Position numbers and translations under genes: made by a program. This document shows, piece after piece, positions 24,549-36,663 of a stretch of 64,000 nucleotides of DNA (position 1 is its first letter; each line of letters begins with the position of its first letter). Source of the DNA: Eledone cirrhosa (taxonomy: Eukaryota); assembly GCA_964016885.1 (NCBI GenBank), contig OZ024740.1, positions 409,510,001 to 409,574,000 on the forward strand. Direction: 5' to 3'. The notes under the pieces were generated by a model. That model saw nothing but the letters and a program-made list of their open reading frames with translations, searched no databases and was not told the origin of the DNA.

Positions 24549-27500
24549 TTAATTGTAAGTTGTGATGTTGCTGTTCCACTCATATTTTCTATTTAATTTT
24601 GGTTGTAATTCTTTTATGTTTATTGCTTCTGTGATTTGTCTAAACATTGCGTCTTTTCTGTGTGTAGATTCTATTTTTATTTCTATGTTCTCTAATTTAC
24701 CCGTGTGTTCTATTTTAGCATGTTGGTAGAGTACAGATGATTCTTTACTATCTTGAAGGTCTCGCCAGTGTTCATTTATCCGTTCCCCTACACTACGATC
24801 TGTCTCACCTATGTACACTATATTGTTGTCTCTACATTGTCCTTCAGTCCATCTTATGCTATACACTACATTTCTAGTTTTACAGTTAATATGGGGGCTT
24901 ATTTTACAGGTTATACATTTCTTATCTATACATGAGGGTCTTTGAAAAGGGTATGTCTTGCTAATAAGTCTTTTTACGGAGGTACCTGGTCTTTCTACTA
25001 TCTTAATATTGAGTTTATGTTTATCTAGGGCCCTTCTAAATTTGTAAGCTAATTCACCTCTAGGAGTTGTATCGATGAACATTACACTCTGGTATTTATT
25101 GCTATCATACCATGAGTTTATTCTATTAGCCTTGTTCCTAGTTCTTTCTATTCTATTCCAAAATTTGCTCCTATATAAGGGGCAGGTCCCATTTATGTCA
25201 TTATTTACCATTTTTTCCCATTTAGTTCTGGCTCCTCTATACACTCTGATTTTATCTCTCTGATTGTAGCCAGAGAACTGCATACGGTGGATGAAGTGTT
25301 GTATGTGTCTCTCTAGTTCTTCGGGGTTGCACATGCGGGACACGTTTCTCATCACCCGTACCAAATCCGCAATCAGTATGTTGATTTTGGTATGGTCCGA
25401 AATGGCCGAGTTTCGGTGGATCAGATGTTTGGAAGTCATGGGTTTGGCATAATGGGAATGGAGGATTTGTTTTTTGTTATTAATGGTATCTAACCAGAGC
25501 TCTGTGTCTAGTACAGGTAATCGATGGTCGGGGTGTTTACTTGGGTAGTCTATAGTAACTCTAATACTCTGGTGGATGGAGTTAGCTATTTGCTGGATGC
25601 TTTCCATTGTGTTTTTCTCTAGTTCCTGGCTGTTCTCTAGTGGGGGTGTCTTAACTACGATGTTTATATCATCAACGTAGCGGGAGTACATTATCAGGGT
25701 TAATGGGTCTTCTAATTGTTCTTTAAGTTTAAGTTTAAGTCTACTGTCCCACCATACCATGAATAAGTTAGCTATGTCGCCTGCAATGCTAACACCAATG
25801 GCTGCTCCTTCCTCTTGGGCATATGTTTTTCCATTAAATTTGAACATATGTTCCTTAAGGGTTAGTTTTATGCTGGCCCCTACCGCATATGCAATCATTT
25901 TCTTCAGTTCATCGTGGTTTTCGGGTGTCCGTATGGCTCTGGTCCACCCGTTCCATCTATCTGTGTGGGTTTTCTTGGCCATTGAGGTAATGGTAGGTGG
26001 TTTGCCTCTTGCTGGTCTTGTAGGGCACAGGTTGCTAAGGTCATATGTATCTAGGTAATTATTACTATAGGTAAGTTTAAGTAGGAGTCCCAGCTCACTG
26101 GTATCAATCCCACGGAACTCAACATTGCTCTCACCGATTAATTCTACACATTTCTCCACAGCAAAATCCACATCAATAGATGGATACAGGGACACAACAT
26201 ACATACTCCCTATTATGCAGTTTGTTAGGTCCCTAGATCGGTTACTCTCGCCGATTCTGCTGAGGAGGTCCTCCGTGCTGTCACATACATCTGGGAACAT
26301 TTCAATGATGGGGCGTATGATCAGGGAGAGGAAGTAGGACAGTCTGTAGTTACTAGCAATGTTAGCTCCACAGATTGGCCGTGCTGGTGGTCCCGTGACA
26401 GGGTCACTGCCCGTTTTATGGTCTTTTCGAAGCCCATACAACGCCGGCACGTCATTGTTCCAGGCCTGGAAGTTGTTGGCAGTCCTTTTGTTGGGCTGCA
26501 TTATATTCGTCTACATCACCATATGGGCATTGAGGGCTTTTTCTCTATCCTCATGCTCCTGTGGTGTTACCTCTCTTGTGTTAGTGATGTGGGGTTGCAT
26601 TGCCTGGATGTAGTTTGGCAGGCTGTCAACCGACATTCTGCCAGACTTGTCTGTTGGAAAGTATGCTATCTCTCCATTACGTGAGCGCTGTATGAGCTTA
26701 CGCAAGCCATTTGCAGATTTTTCTCCCAGTTGCTGGGCCTCCATTCTATTATGCTTCTTGCTATACTGTTCTATAATATTTCTAAGTTTGGATCTAGCTA
26801 TACTAAATTGTGCTTCTGTTTGTTCATCGACCTGCGACGGCAATTGCGTGCGTTTGTTAAATGGTAAAGTCGTGGCGTGGACTCGTCGCAGGTCGAACGA
26901 TTTATCGGAGGGATTATAAAAAGTAGAGTTCCAGGCTGCTGCTTTATGTGTACTAGTGCTATTGTTATTGTTAGTTGTGTTGTTTCTATTTCTATTTCCA
27001 CCAACAGCCTCATGGTTGTTTCTATGTCTCTCATAATTACTCCTGTCTCTTTCCACTGGCTCATTGTTGTTATCTACCCTATTTTGTGTGTCTGTGTGTT
27101 CGTCTTGGTTATTTTCTTTGTCCTTAGTCTCCCTTTTCCTTTTAATCCTATTACTTTCCCTTATTTCTGTGATTTCTGTGCTACTGTCATTACTTGTTTT
27201 CTGTGTCTGTGTGTTTGTTAAGATTGTGGTGGTGGTGAGAGGCATTGAATGTGTGTGTGTTGTTGTTGTTGATGTGTGCTGTTGTTGATGTGTGTTGTTG
27301 TTGTCTCCGTGTGTGTTATTATTGTTGTGTGTGTTGTTATTGTTGTCTGTGTCTGCGTGTCTGTTGTTGTTGTTTCTGGGTATGTTATTATTGTTGTTGT
27401 TGTTGTTGGTGTGTGTGTTGTTGTTATTGTTGTTTGTGTCTGTGTGTCTGTTGTTGTTGGGATGTGTGTTGTATATGTGTGTGCGTATATTGTTACTTTT

Positions 27501-28256
27501 GTTTTTGTTTTTGTTGTTGTTTTTGAGGCTCCAACGTAATTTTGTAAATGATTTTTCTATTTCTGACAGACAACTAATCATATTTACCTTCTTGAATGTC
27601 GCAAATTTCGGTGGTAGAAGTAATACAGATAACTCATCGTCATCTATTACCGTGTTGCCGTATATATTTGTGTTGTTGTTGTTGAACTCATTTGTTAATG
27701 AGGTGTCGGCCATATTTATACCGTCAATTTTGTCGGGATATCTATTGGTATTCTCTACAGTATCCTGATTTAGCTTTATCTGCCTAAGCCACTTTAGTTT
27801 CTTGTTAAAGTGCTTATCACATTCTTGAGCAATGTACTGTTCTTCAGGACGTATAAGGTTTATAAATATTAGTTTCTCTCTTGGTGTGGTGATCCTAGCT
27901 ATTTCTTGTATTAGGTTACGCTTATGTTTTTCTTGATGACTTAATTCTCTATAGATCTTCTTTTTTATGTTTAGAATTAGTGTTCGTTTTAGCCTATCTG
28001 CTTGTTTTTTGGTGAGTTGTAATCTTCTTACGTCGGTGTTGATGGTGTTGGTGTAAACTCGGGACGAGGCACATTCTTTTATGAAGTGTAGTTGTCGAGA
28101 TGTTATGGTTTTTCGTAGACAACAGAACATGGTGGTTTTCAGTATCTTGTTAGCCTGGCTAAGGCTTACGATATTTCGTTTCTGAATTTGTTTAGCAAGA
28201 TTCTTTATCTGAAATCGTGTGTTGAAACCGACATTGTTATACTTTGGGAGGGTCAT
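24549..28256 (-). pseudogene. PLE-2 ORF (~1235 codons: N-terminal domain, Asn/Thr-rich linker, RT, GIY-YIG), inactivated
   Basis: One reading frame from ATG 28256 with an in-frame TAG at 26511-26513 where PLE-1 has Trp. The first RT catalytic Asp is replaced (SMYVVSL vs SMDVVSL). RYVDD and YIGET are retained. Confidence 0.92.
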
Positions 28257-28340
28257 GTTGCCAATAAGAAACACACGCACCAGTTGTTTCACTTCAATTT
28301 ATTATAATAAATTTATAAATTTAGGAATTTATAAATTTCT

Positions 28341-28350
28341 TATATATATG

Positions 28351-28417
<67 letters not shown>

Positions 28418-28474
28418 GTATATATATATGTATATATATATGTATGTATATATATATGTATATATGTATATATG

Positions 28475-28535
<61 letters not shown>

Positions 28536-28624
28536 GTATATATATATGTATATATATATATGTATATATATATGTATATATATATGTATATATATATATG
28601 TATATATATATGTATATGTATATG

Positions 28625-28656
<32 letters not shown>

Positions 28657-28674
28657 TGTATATATTTATATGTG

Positions 28675-28725
<51 letters not shown>

Positions 28726-28798
28726 ATATATATATATATGTGTATATATATATATGTATGTATATATATATATGTATACATATATATATATATATATA
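28341..28798. repeat. (TA)n/(TATG) microsatellite
   Basis: Direct inspection. Confidence 0.97.
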
Positions 28799-28814
28799 AA
28801 TGTAAGTATGTATG

Positions 28815-29160
28815 TAGGCAACCACGTCACTTTTTTGTTCAACACTGACACAGGAACTGACACAGGAACGATGTACTAGTTTCAAGCTTATTAGCTATCG
28901 TCAGCATCGCGTACCTTCCTGCCAGATGGTTGAACATCTGAAAGTATATACTTTCCTTATGCATATTAACGGCTGAACAGCCTAATTTGCATATCGAGTG
29001 AGTTTAGTCGGCCGGGCGCAACGAAAACGATAAATGGAATAGAATGAAACGTTCCTGTGTCAGTGTTGAGCAAAAAGGTGACGTGGTTGCCTAAAGACTG
29101 TACGGCGTAATTCGGGTTGTTTGTTTACAAACAAACCGAGCATTATAATAAATGTTCGGT
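28815..29160 (-). mobile_element. Non-coding mini PLE-like element with HHR and inverted pLTR tail
   Basis: Inverted repeat 28815-28870 / 29050-29092 flanks a canonical minimal HHR. Confidence 0.7.
28869..28909 (-). ncRNA. Minimal type-I hammerhead ribozyme
   Basis: CGAUG CUGACGA U AGCU AAUA AGCU U GAAA C-UA-G UA CAUCG: 5-bp stem I, palindromic stem III (ACUAGU), GUA triplet. Confidence 0.9.
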
Positions 29161-29320
29161 AAACCGATACGTCGATATATATATGTGTGCATGTATGTAT
29201 AAATATACATACTAATGTACGTATGTATACATATATGTATGTACGTATACATACATACATATTTACATTTAAGTAACTGCCGTACTAAGAGTGAGAAGGG
29301 AAATTTCGTTTCATTCTATT

Positions 29321-29372
<52 letters not shown>

Positions 29373-29589
29373 ATGTTTTTTTTTTAAACCTGAGTAGAAA
29401 ATGTTTAGATGGGAATGAGAATGTGAGTGAAAAAAAGAGAATGAGTGGGGGATCAAGAAAGAGAGAGTTAGAGAAGAGAAAGAGGAGGAAATTAAGTTAA
29501 AAGTGAGGGCGAGGTAAAGAGAAAGAGAGATGGGGGGAGAGAGGGAGAGGCAAACAGACAGAGAAAGTTAAAGAAAGAGGGGGCGAGAG

Positions 29590-29742
<153 letters not shown>

Positions 29743-29899
29743 CAAGGGTAATTCCACGAGGTGGAATAAATATTCCCATTGCCTACAAAACGTTAACTCT
29801 GACATTTAGTTATTTTGGCTCAAATGAAAAGCATGATTACGATGGAAAGTAAGGAAACTATGACATTTCAGAAGTGACCAATTACTGTTAGTGGTAAGT

Positions 29900-30950
29900 T
29901 AGAAGAGAGGGTGTGAGTGGGAGGTTAGAAGAGAGAGTGGGAGTGGGAGAAGAAGAGAGAGTGTGTGTGTGAGAGAGAAGAAGAGAGAGTGTGTGTGAGA
30001 GAAGAAGAGAGAGAGTGTGTGTGAGAGAAGAAGAGAGAGAGTGTGTGTGAGAGAAGAAGAGAGAGTGTGGGAGTGGGAGAAGAGAGAGAGTGTGTGTGAG
30101 AGAACAAGAGAGAGAGAGTGTGTGTGGGAGAAGAAGAGAGAGTGTGAGTGAGAGAAGAAGAGAGAGAGTGTGTGTGTGAGAGAAGAAGAGAGAGAGTGTG
30201 TGGGAGAAGAAGAGAGTGTGTGAGTGAGCGAAGAAGAGAGAGAGTGTGTGTGAGAGAAGAAGAGAGAGAGTGTGTGGGAGAAGAAGAGAGAGTGTGAGTG
30301 AGCGAAGAAGAGAGAGTGTGAGTGAGAGAAGAAGAGAGAGAGTGTGAGTGAGAGAAGAAGTGAGAGTGTGTGAGAGAAGAAGAGAGAGTGTGAGTGAGAG
30401 AAGAAGAGAGAGAGAGTGTGTGTGGGAGAAGAAGAGAGAGTTTGAGTGAGAGAAGAAGCGAGAAAGTGGGTGGGAGAAGCAGAGAGAGAGTTTGAGTGTG
30501 AGAAAAAGAGAGAGAGTGTGAGTGAGAGAAGAAGAGAGAGAGTGTGAGTGAAAGAGGAAGAGATAGAGAGTGTGAATGAGAGAAGAAGAGGGTGAGTGTG
30601 GAGTGTGTGGGAGAAGAAGAGAGAGAGTGTGAGTGAGAGAAGAAGAGAGAGAGTGTGTGGGAGAGAAGAAGAGAGAGAGTGTGAGTGAGAGAAGAAGAGA
30701 GAGAGTGTGTGGGAGAAGAAGAGAAAGTGTGAGTGAGAGAAGAAGAGAGTGTGAGTGAGAGAAGAAGAGAGAGAGAGTGTGTGGGAGAAGAAGAGAGAGT
30801 GTGTGAGTGAGAGAAGAAGAGAGAAAGTGGGTGGGAGAAGCAGAGAGAGAGTGTGTGAGTGTGAGAAGAAGAGAGAGTGTAAGTGAGAGAAGAAGAGAGA
30901 GAGTGTGAGTGAGAACAGAAGAGAGAGTGTGAGTGAGAAAAGAAGAGAGA
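29900..30950. repeat. Purine-rich minisatellite, ~24-28-bp unit GAGAAGAAGAGAGAGAGTGTGAGTGA
   Basis: The GAAGAAG anchor recurs with variable (GA)n(GT)n. Confidence 0.92.
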
Positions 30951-31183
30951 AATAAAAATGAGGGCTAAGAGGTGGAGGAAAATGATATCCGTTGACTCTC
31001 TTGTTAGAAGAGGCAACACCAGAATTATCATACATCAGTCTACAGTGTTTCCTTTCATGACATCAAAGAAACATATAATTGTGGGAGGTTTAAATGTTTT
31101 CTTTGTGTGGGTTGAATAAAGTCAGTAAGGCATTTTATATATTTTATATGCAACTATAAACTCTTTTTTCCTTTCTTCCTATC

Positions 31184-31248
<65 letters not shown>

Positions 31249-31504
31249 CTCTCGCTCTCTCTCTCTCTCTTTCTCTCTCCCACTCTCTCTCTCTATTCAC
31301 CTTCTCTCTCAGTACCATAACTGTAAGTGTAAATGAATATGTATGTATGTGTGTATCTATGTATGTGTGTATGTATGTGTGTGCATATATGTATGTATGT
31401 GTGTATGTATGTGTGTATGTATGTGTGTGTGTATATGTATGTATGTGTGTATGTATGTATGTGTGTGTGATGTATGTATGTGTGTATGTATGTATGTGTG
31501 TATG

Positions 31505-31524
<20 letters not shown>

Positions 31525-31539
<15 letters not shown>

Positions 31540-32772
31540 TCTGGTTTTAGAATTTCGCAAATGTTTGCCAATAGAGAGAGAGTTGGTTTCTAACATAGAC
31601 ACAAGACTCTCTCATTGGAATTTACACAACATCAATTAGGTAGATTATGTATGCATGCATGCATGTGTAGATATGGATGTTATTGTATGTGTGGATGTAT
31701 ATGTTTTGAGTTTTATGTGTGCATGTGTATATGCTTTGTATCTGTACATGTGTATATGCAGTTATTAGATGCAACATTTTTGGAATGTTTTACATATTTT
31801 TTCTGTCCATTAATGGATTGTACTTATAATTTCCTAACTAGTTGTATTCTTTCTGTTCCTGTGAAGCCTAGCTTCTCAAGATTTGTATTGAGGCAGTTAC
31901 TAACATACCCCAGTGCCCCAATAATCACAGGCATAAATCTGAAGGTATAATCGTGGTGAAGTATCTGCAGATTTTTCATCAGTTTTGCATAAATATTCTC
32001 CTTTTCGCTAATCTTTGATATTATATTGGCATCTGCTGGACAGCTAACTTCCACTACTGTGCATGCCTTCTTTTCCCTGTCCCATATCATTATATCTGGT
32101 CTGTTATGCTTGCATTTTATTGGGGGTTTTTACTGGAACATTCCACCAGTACTCTTTCATATTATGTATATGTATGTCTTCCACATTGCTGTAGCTTTTA
32201 ATGTGTTTATTATCGGGCTATCTTTTCTACGGATTGCATCGTACAGTGTTTTGGCCATTATATCATGCCTCATAGGCAGATAGTACCGCGATGACATCTT
32301 TGGACAGCTGCTTATGACCTGGGTGACATCTTCGATGTTAATTCTGCAGAGTCTGCACTTGATATCACATCTAGGTGTTTTACCTGCATCCTTATCTCTT
32401 TTGTGAATCAGGTATTTCGTGTTGATTTCCTGTTCTTGGATTGCAAAAGCGTATCCTTCAAAGTGGGAGCCAATATAGCGGTTGTTGGTCCAAGATAGAT
32501 TACTTTCCTTATCTATATTACTCTCACTCTGGAGCTTCCTGGCAACATATCCATGCATGATTTTTTGCTGAAAAGCATGCAGTCTTTCATCCATGGATTC
32601 ACTGCGATACTGCTGAGCAACTTCCCTGGGTGTGAGTTTTTGATTATCACACAGGGAATACCTCTCGAGGAGTTCCTTCCCAACTCTCATGATCTTAAGT
32701 CTATTCGAGAGACGGGCTCCTGCGCTTTGAGGTTCGTAGATATTGTCGGAGGGATATGATGCGACATTCAAA
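31525..32772 (-). mobile_element. 5'-truncated R4/Dong-like non-LTR retrotransposon (CCHC + restriction-like endonuclease) with (CATA)n tail
   Basis: EGYAFAIQEQEINT, CRLC....EDVTQVISSC, RHD, HNRPDIMIWD...VVEVSCP...K..EK...Y, PVIIGALG; frameshifted; 3' UTR stem-loop and (CATA)n. Confidence 0.88.
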
Positions 32773-32794
32773 TACATACATGTATGTATGCATC

Positions 32795-33025
32795 CATCTA
32801 TGTATGTATGTTCTGGTTTTATAATTTCACAAATGTTTGCCAATAGAGAGAGAGTCGGTTTCTAACATAGACACAAGACTCTCTCATTGGAATTTACACA
32901 TCAACTAGGTAGATATGTATGCATGACTGCATGCATACATGTGTAGATATGGATGTTATTGTATGTGTGGATGTGGATGTTTTGAGTTGTATGTGTGCAT
33001 GTGTATATGCTTTGTATCTGTATAT
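32795..33025 (-). mobile_element. Second 3'-UTR-only copy of the same R4-like family
   Basis: ~230-bp direct repeat of 31525-31750, also ending in (CATA)n. Confidence 0.85.
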
Positions 33026-33208
33026 ATATGTATGTGTGTATGTATGTATGTATGTGTGTATGCATGTATGTATGTATATGCGTGTGTATGTATGTATATA
33101 TATATGTATATATCTATGTATGATTGTATGTATATATGTATATATGTATGCATATATGTATGTATGTATGTATGTATATATGTATGGTCACCATATATGT
33201 ATGTATTA

Positions 33209-33824
33209 TGTCAGGTCACCAGTTGGTGCTACTGGTAACATGTATCCCAGTAAAACCTGTCCCATGGTCGGGTCGTTGGCGACTAAACTGGCAACCCTAG
33301 CAAGGTTTCTTGGGGAGGAGGGTGACTTTGGATATCCTGCAGGACTAAAAACAAAACCTGTCAAAGGGCAAAGGTCATCCAAAATCGGGAGAGATGACCC
33401 CTTAGCCTTTGTCAATGCAGAATTCTAGGAGAAGGAAAACTCTGATATAACACCTAGGAGAAGGAAAACTCTGATTTAACACCTGCAACCCTGATGGTAT
33501 CCAATGATGTTGACTTGTTCTTCTTTTTGGTAAATATCATCTTGGTTAAGAGAGTGGGACTGGCTTTGTGCAGTGCCTTTGCTCACTATAAAAGCTTCAC
33601 GGCACAGGCATTGCTTTATATCTGGAGATCTCTCTGCACTTGTCGTCACATGGTACCATGGGCGCAGCACTATGTGTCAATAATTGTCACAAGTGTAGTG
33701 TTTGTACCAGAGTTTTCAAGTCGTTGGCTGGACTAAAAAGTCACACTCGTTCAGCGCATCGGTAGGGTTTCTCCTACATGGATATAAAGTAGTGGCCGTA
33801 CTCGCAAACGAGTTGGCAGCCACC

Positions 33825-33825
<1 letters not shown>
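33209..33825. mobile_element. Probable RTE-type LINE 5' UTR fragment, partly rearranged
   Basis: CTAGGAGAAGGAAAACTCTGATT motif typical of RTE 5' UTRs, present as a 29-bp duplicate at 33425/33454; strong hairpins; flanked by (TATG)n. Confidence 0.45.
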
Positions 33826-33857
<32 letters not shown>

Positions 33858-34044
33858 TGTGCTGAGGCCCCTGTCAAACTTGTTTGACATGTCCCACTTT
33901 AAAAATACTATACAATTGTGTCACTTCTGTAAGACTTTTAGCTAACAAATGATTATTTATAAATACATATATATGCATCCACACACATAATGCAGAAAAT
34001 GGGTTATACAAATCTCCATATTACTTGATATTATCGTCACATAG

Positions 34045-34620
34045 TTGCTGCTGCACGGATCTGAGACTTGGACACTGACCAAGAAACCCACTCAGATGGT
34101 GGATAGGTGCTACACGAGAATGCTGAGGATGGCTCTGAACATTAATCAGTATATACTGAGGATGAAGGTCTCAGAGCTATACGGGAGCCTCCCAAACGTC
34201 AGCTCGAAAATAACACAGAGGAGACTGAGGTTAGCTGGACATGCTCACCGACATCCAGAGTTGATACTGCTCTCAGTGTTCCCGTGGGAGCCCCTACACG
34301 GACACACTAGGTTAGATGGACATCCTCACTGACATCCAGAGTTGACACTGCACTCAGTGCTTCTGTGGGAGCCCCTACACGGACACACTAGGTTAGCTGG
34401 ACATGCTCACCGACATCCAAAGTTGACACTGCACTCAGTGCTCCTGTGGGAGCCCCTGCATGGACACACTGGAAGAGGGAGACCGAGGTTAACATATGTT
34501 GATGTCCTAAGGACAGATACTGGTCTGTTGGAGACGCAGGACATGGCAGCGATAATGAGGGACAGAGACGGCTGGAGAGAACTCGTCCATGGATCTCGGG
34601 AATTTTACCTGCCCTAGATA
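34045..34620 (+). mobile_element. RTE-clade LINE 3' fragment
   Basis: LLHGSETWTLTK...YTRMLRMALNI...RRLRLAGHAHRHPEL...LLWEP.HG..GRGRPRLTYVD..DTGL...MRDRDGWR. Confidence 0.88.
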
Positions 34621-34782
34621 TATGTCTCGGACTGTTATATGCATGTATTCTGTAGTGTGTATGCATGTATATATATTCTTGTGGTATATACTCGTGCATA
34701 TATGAGTACATATGTGTATGTGCGTGTGTACGTGAATACGGATTCATACATCTTTTATTAAACCTTCTCCAAAATCCCTATA

Positions 34783-35099
34783 CAGTATAACCCCAGTATT
34801 CGCGGTCTCGATTATTCGCGGGTTTTTCCTTAGAACCTAATTAATAATTGTTCGTGGAAGCCACCGCATATTCGCGGAATCGTAAATATCTTCTGCGGTT
34901 TTTTATGGCTCTTTTCGTCGTGGCAATATATATTTTTTTAACGCTAAATTATAAATAACAATATATCGTATTTGCTGGCCTATATTTTACGTTATTTGAC
35001 GTTTATAGACTTTTTATGGACTACGTTCAATATTCGCGGTTTTTCACTCTTCGTGACTGCTCTAGGAACGTAACCCCGGCGAATACCGGGAGACAACTG
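34783..35099. mobile_element. Tc1/mariner-superfamily (Tigger/pogo-like) MITE
   Basis: TA|CAGTATAACCCCAGTATTCGC ... GCGAATACCGGGAGACAACTG|TA, with internal ATTCGCGG repeats. Confidence 0.75.
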
Positions 35100-35439
35100 T
35101 ATACCCTACCCATCGACAATACACGCACACTCACTCCAATGTACACCAGAGACACTTGACAACCTGTTTGGAGTCTGAGTTCGAAGCAAGCGGCTATTAA
35201 ATTAAAATGAATAAATAAATAAATAGATAAGTAAGATAATTGTTTAACTTATGTAAACCGGAGCGACTTATCCACTTGGTAATTTGACACCTCAGTCTAG
35301 TGACCATCCAACACCTTTCTTGTCTACAGAAACCTTTGTGTACATCATATATATATATATAATACAGAGACAGGGAGAGAGAGCGGGAGGTCAATTCATT
35401 ATGTGTGTGTGTGTGTGTGTGTGTGTGCGTATGGGGCGG

Positions 35440-36050
35440 GGTATTCAGATCTTATCATCTCCTTCATTTTATTCTCCTTGATGTTATCTACCTCCAGAAC
35501 ACTCTAATATCTATATCCCATTTCGGTATCGATGTCCTTTATCATCTCACCCGTTGGTACCTCGAGTTTTTCAATTTACATCTACTCATCACTAAAACTC
35601 CACACTTATTAACACCAAATTCCATACATATATCATTGCTGAAAATACGGACAGTGTTAACACGTGCATACAACTCCTTCTCTTCTAGAAGAGTTATAGG
35701 TCGTCCATGCAGAGGAGGTGGTTGATGGAAAGCTCTCCTCTTCCTAGTTCGTATTCTACTTTCAATCTTCGTGATACGAAGGACAAGGGTATGAGAGTAA
35801 GGACAAACAATAATGGGGAGAGACTATCTCCTTAGAAGATACCTCTCTTGATTTTCACTCTTCCCAAGGATTCTCCCTCTGATGTTACCTCTGTCTCCAA
35901 GGTCTTCATGCCATTATTTGATATCAGTCTGATATTGTCCGCCACCCTGAAGATTTCCAGACACTTGGTTATACAAGGATGAGGAACCATGTCGAATGAC
36001 TTTTATGTAATCTATCCTTCCCATGTTAAGACCAGTATGCTTCCCCTTGC
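35440..36050 (-). pseudogene. Degenerate R4-like RT fragment
   Basis: IDYIKSFDMVPH.CI.KCLEIF, IKRGIF*GDSLSPLLFVL.LIPLS, INHLLCMDDL. Confidence 0.85.
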
Positions 36051-36064
36051 ATTATTATTATTAG

Positions 36065-36663
36065 TGGAAAGAAACCGTCTACACGGCACTCGTCCAGTGT
36101 CCGAGTATCGCTGACTTGCGGGTATATGTCGAACACTTACTGTCACGTGAGGGATCGATTCGACTGTCAACTGAATCCATCGTCAAAATCGCCCCGCCAC
36201 CCTTCCTTAACCAGGAAGGGCAGTCTGTTTTTGTCTGCCTGGTGGCCATACGACTCCTAGGCTTAGATTTAGGGTTAGGGTTAGTGTTAGGTCATATGTT
36301 GGACGCGTCTGAAAGGGCTGAATACGAGTACTTTCCTCCACGGTGACCCCCTGATTAACTTCTTTAGGTTTCACTTGAAAAGGAAGATCGGGGTTAAGAG
36401 GGAAGTACTGCCTTCAAAGCAATTTTTGAAAGATGGGTGAAAGAGGCAAGATTGGCTCGAATGGATGGCCCGCTCTGAACGTGTGCCTGTAGATTGAGGG
36501 TGGATATCTAGGAGAGGGCACTTGCGGTCAGAGAGACTATGGCTTATGTGGGCTTTCCCCACAAGTATCCTTTGGTTTTGTTTTATGTTCATTTTTACAT
36601 GTAGAAATCCACATTGTACCGTTCTGTGCTGTCCTTAATGTATTTTGTAGTAAACTCTTTGTG
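36065..36663 (+). mobile_element. Tx1/L1-like LINE 3' fragment
   Basis: Paralogous to 36900-37530 (ALVQCP..ADL..YVEHLLSR) plus 3' UTR. Confidence 0.8.

Noticed and set aside
26511-26513. Possible recoded stop (selenocysteine, as in Naiad PLEs) in PLE-2
   Set aside because: The codon is TAG at a Trp position (TGG->TAG), not TGA at Cys, and the RT catalytic Asp is also mutated, so this is ordinary decay.
31525-33025. LTR retrotransposon suggested by 230-bp direct repeats
   Set aside because: No TG..CA ends, PBS or PPT; the repeats are LINE 3' UTRs with (CATA)n tails and the internal protein is RLE-type.
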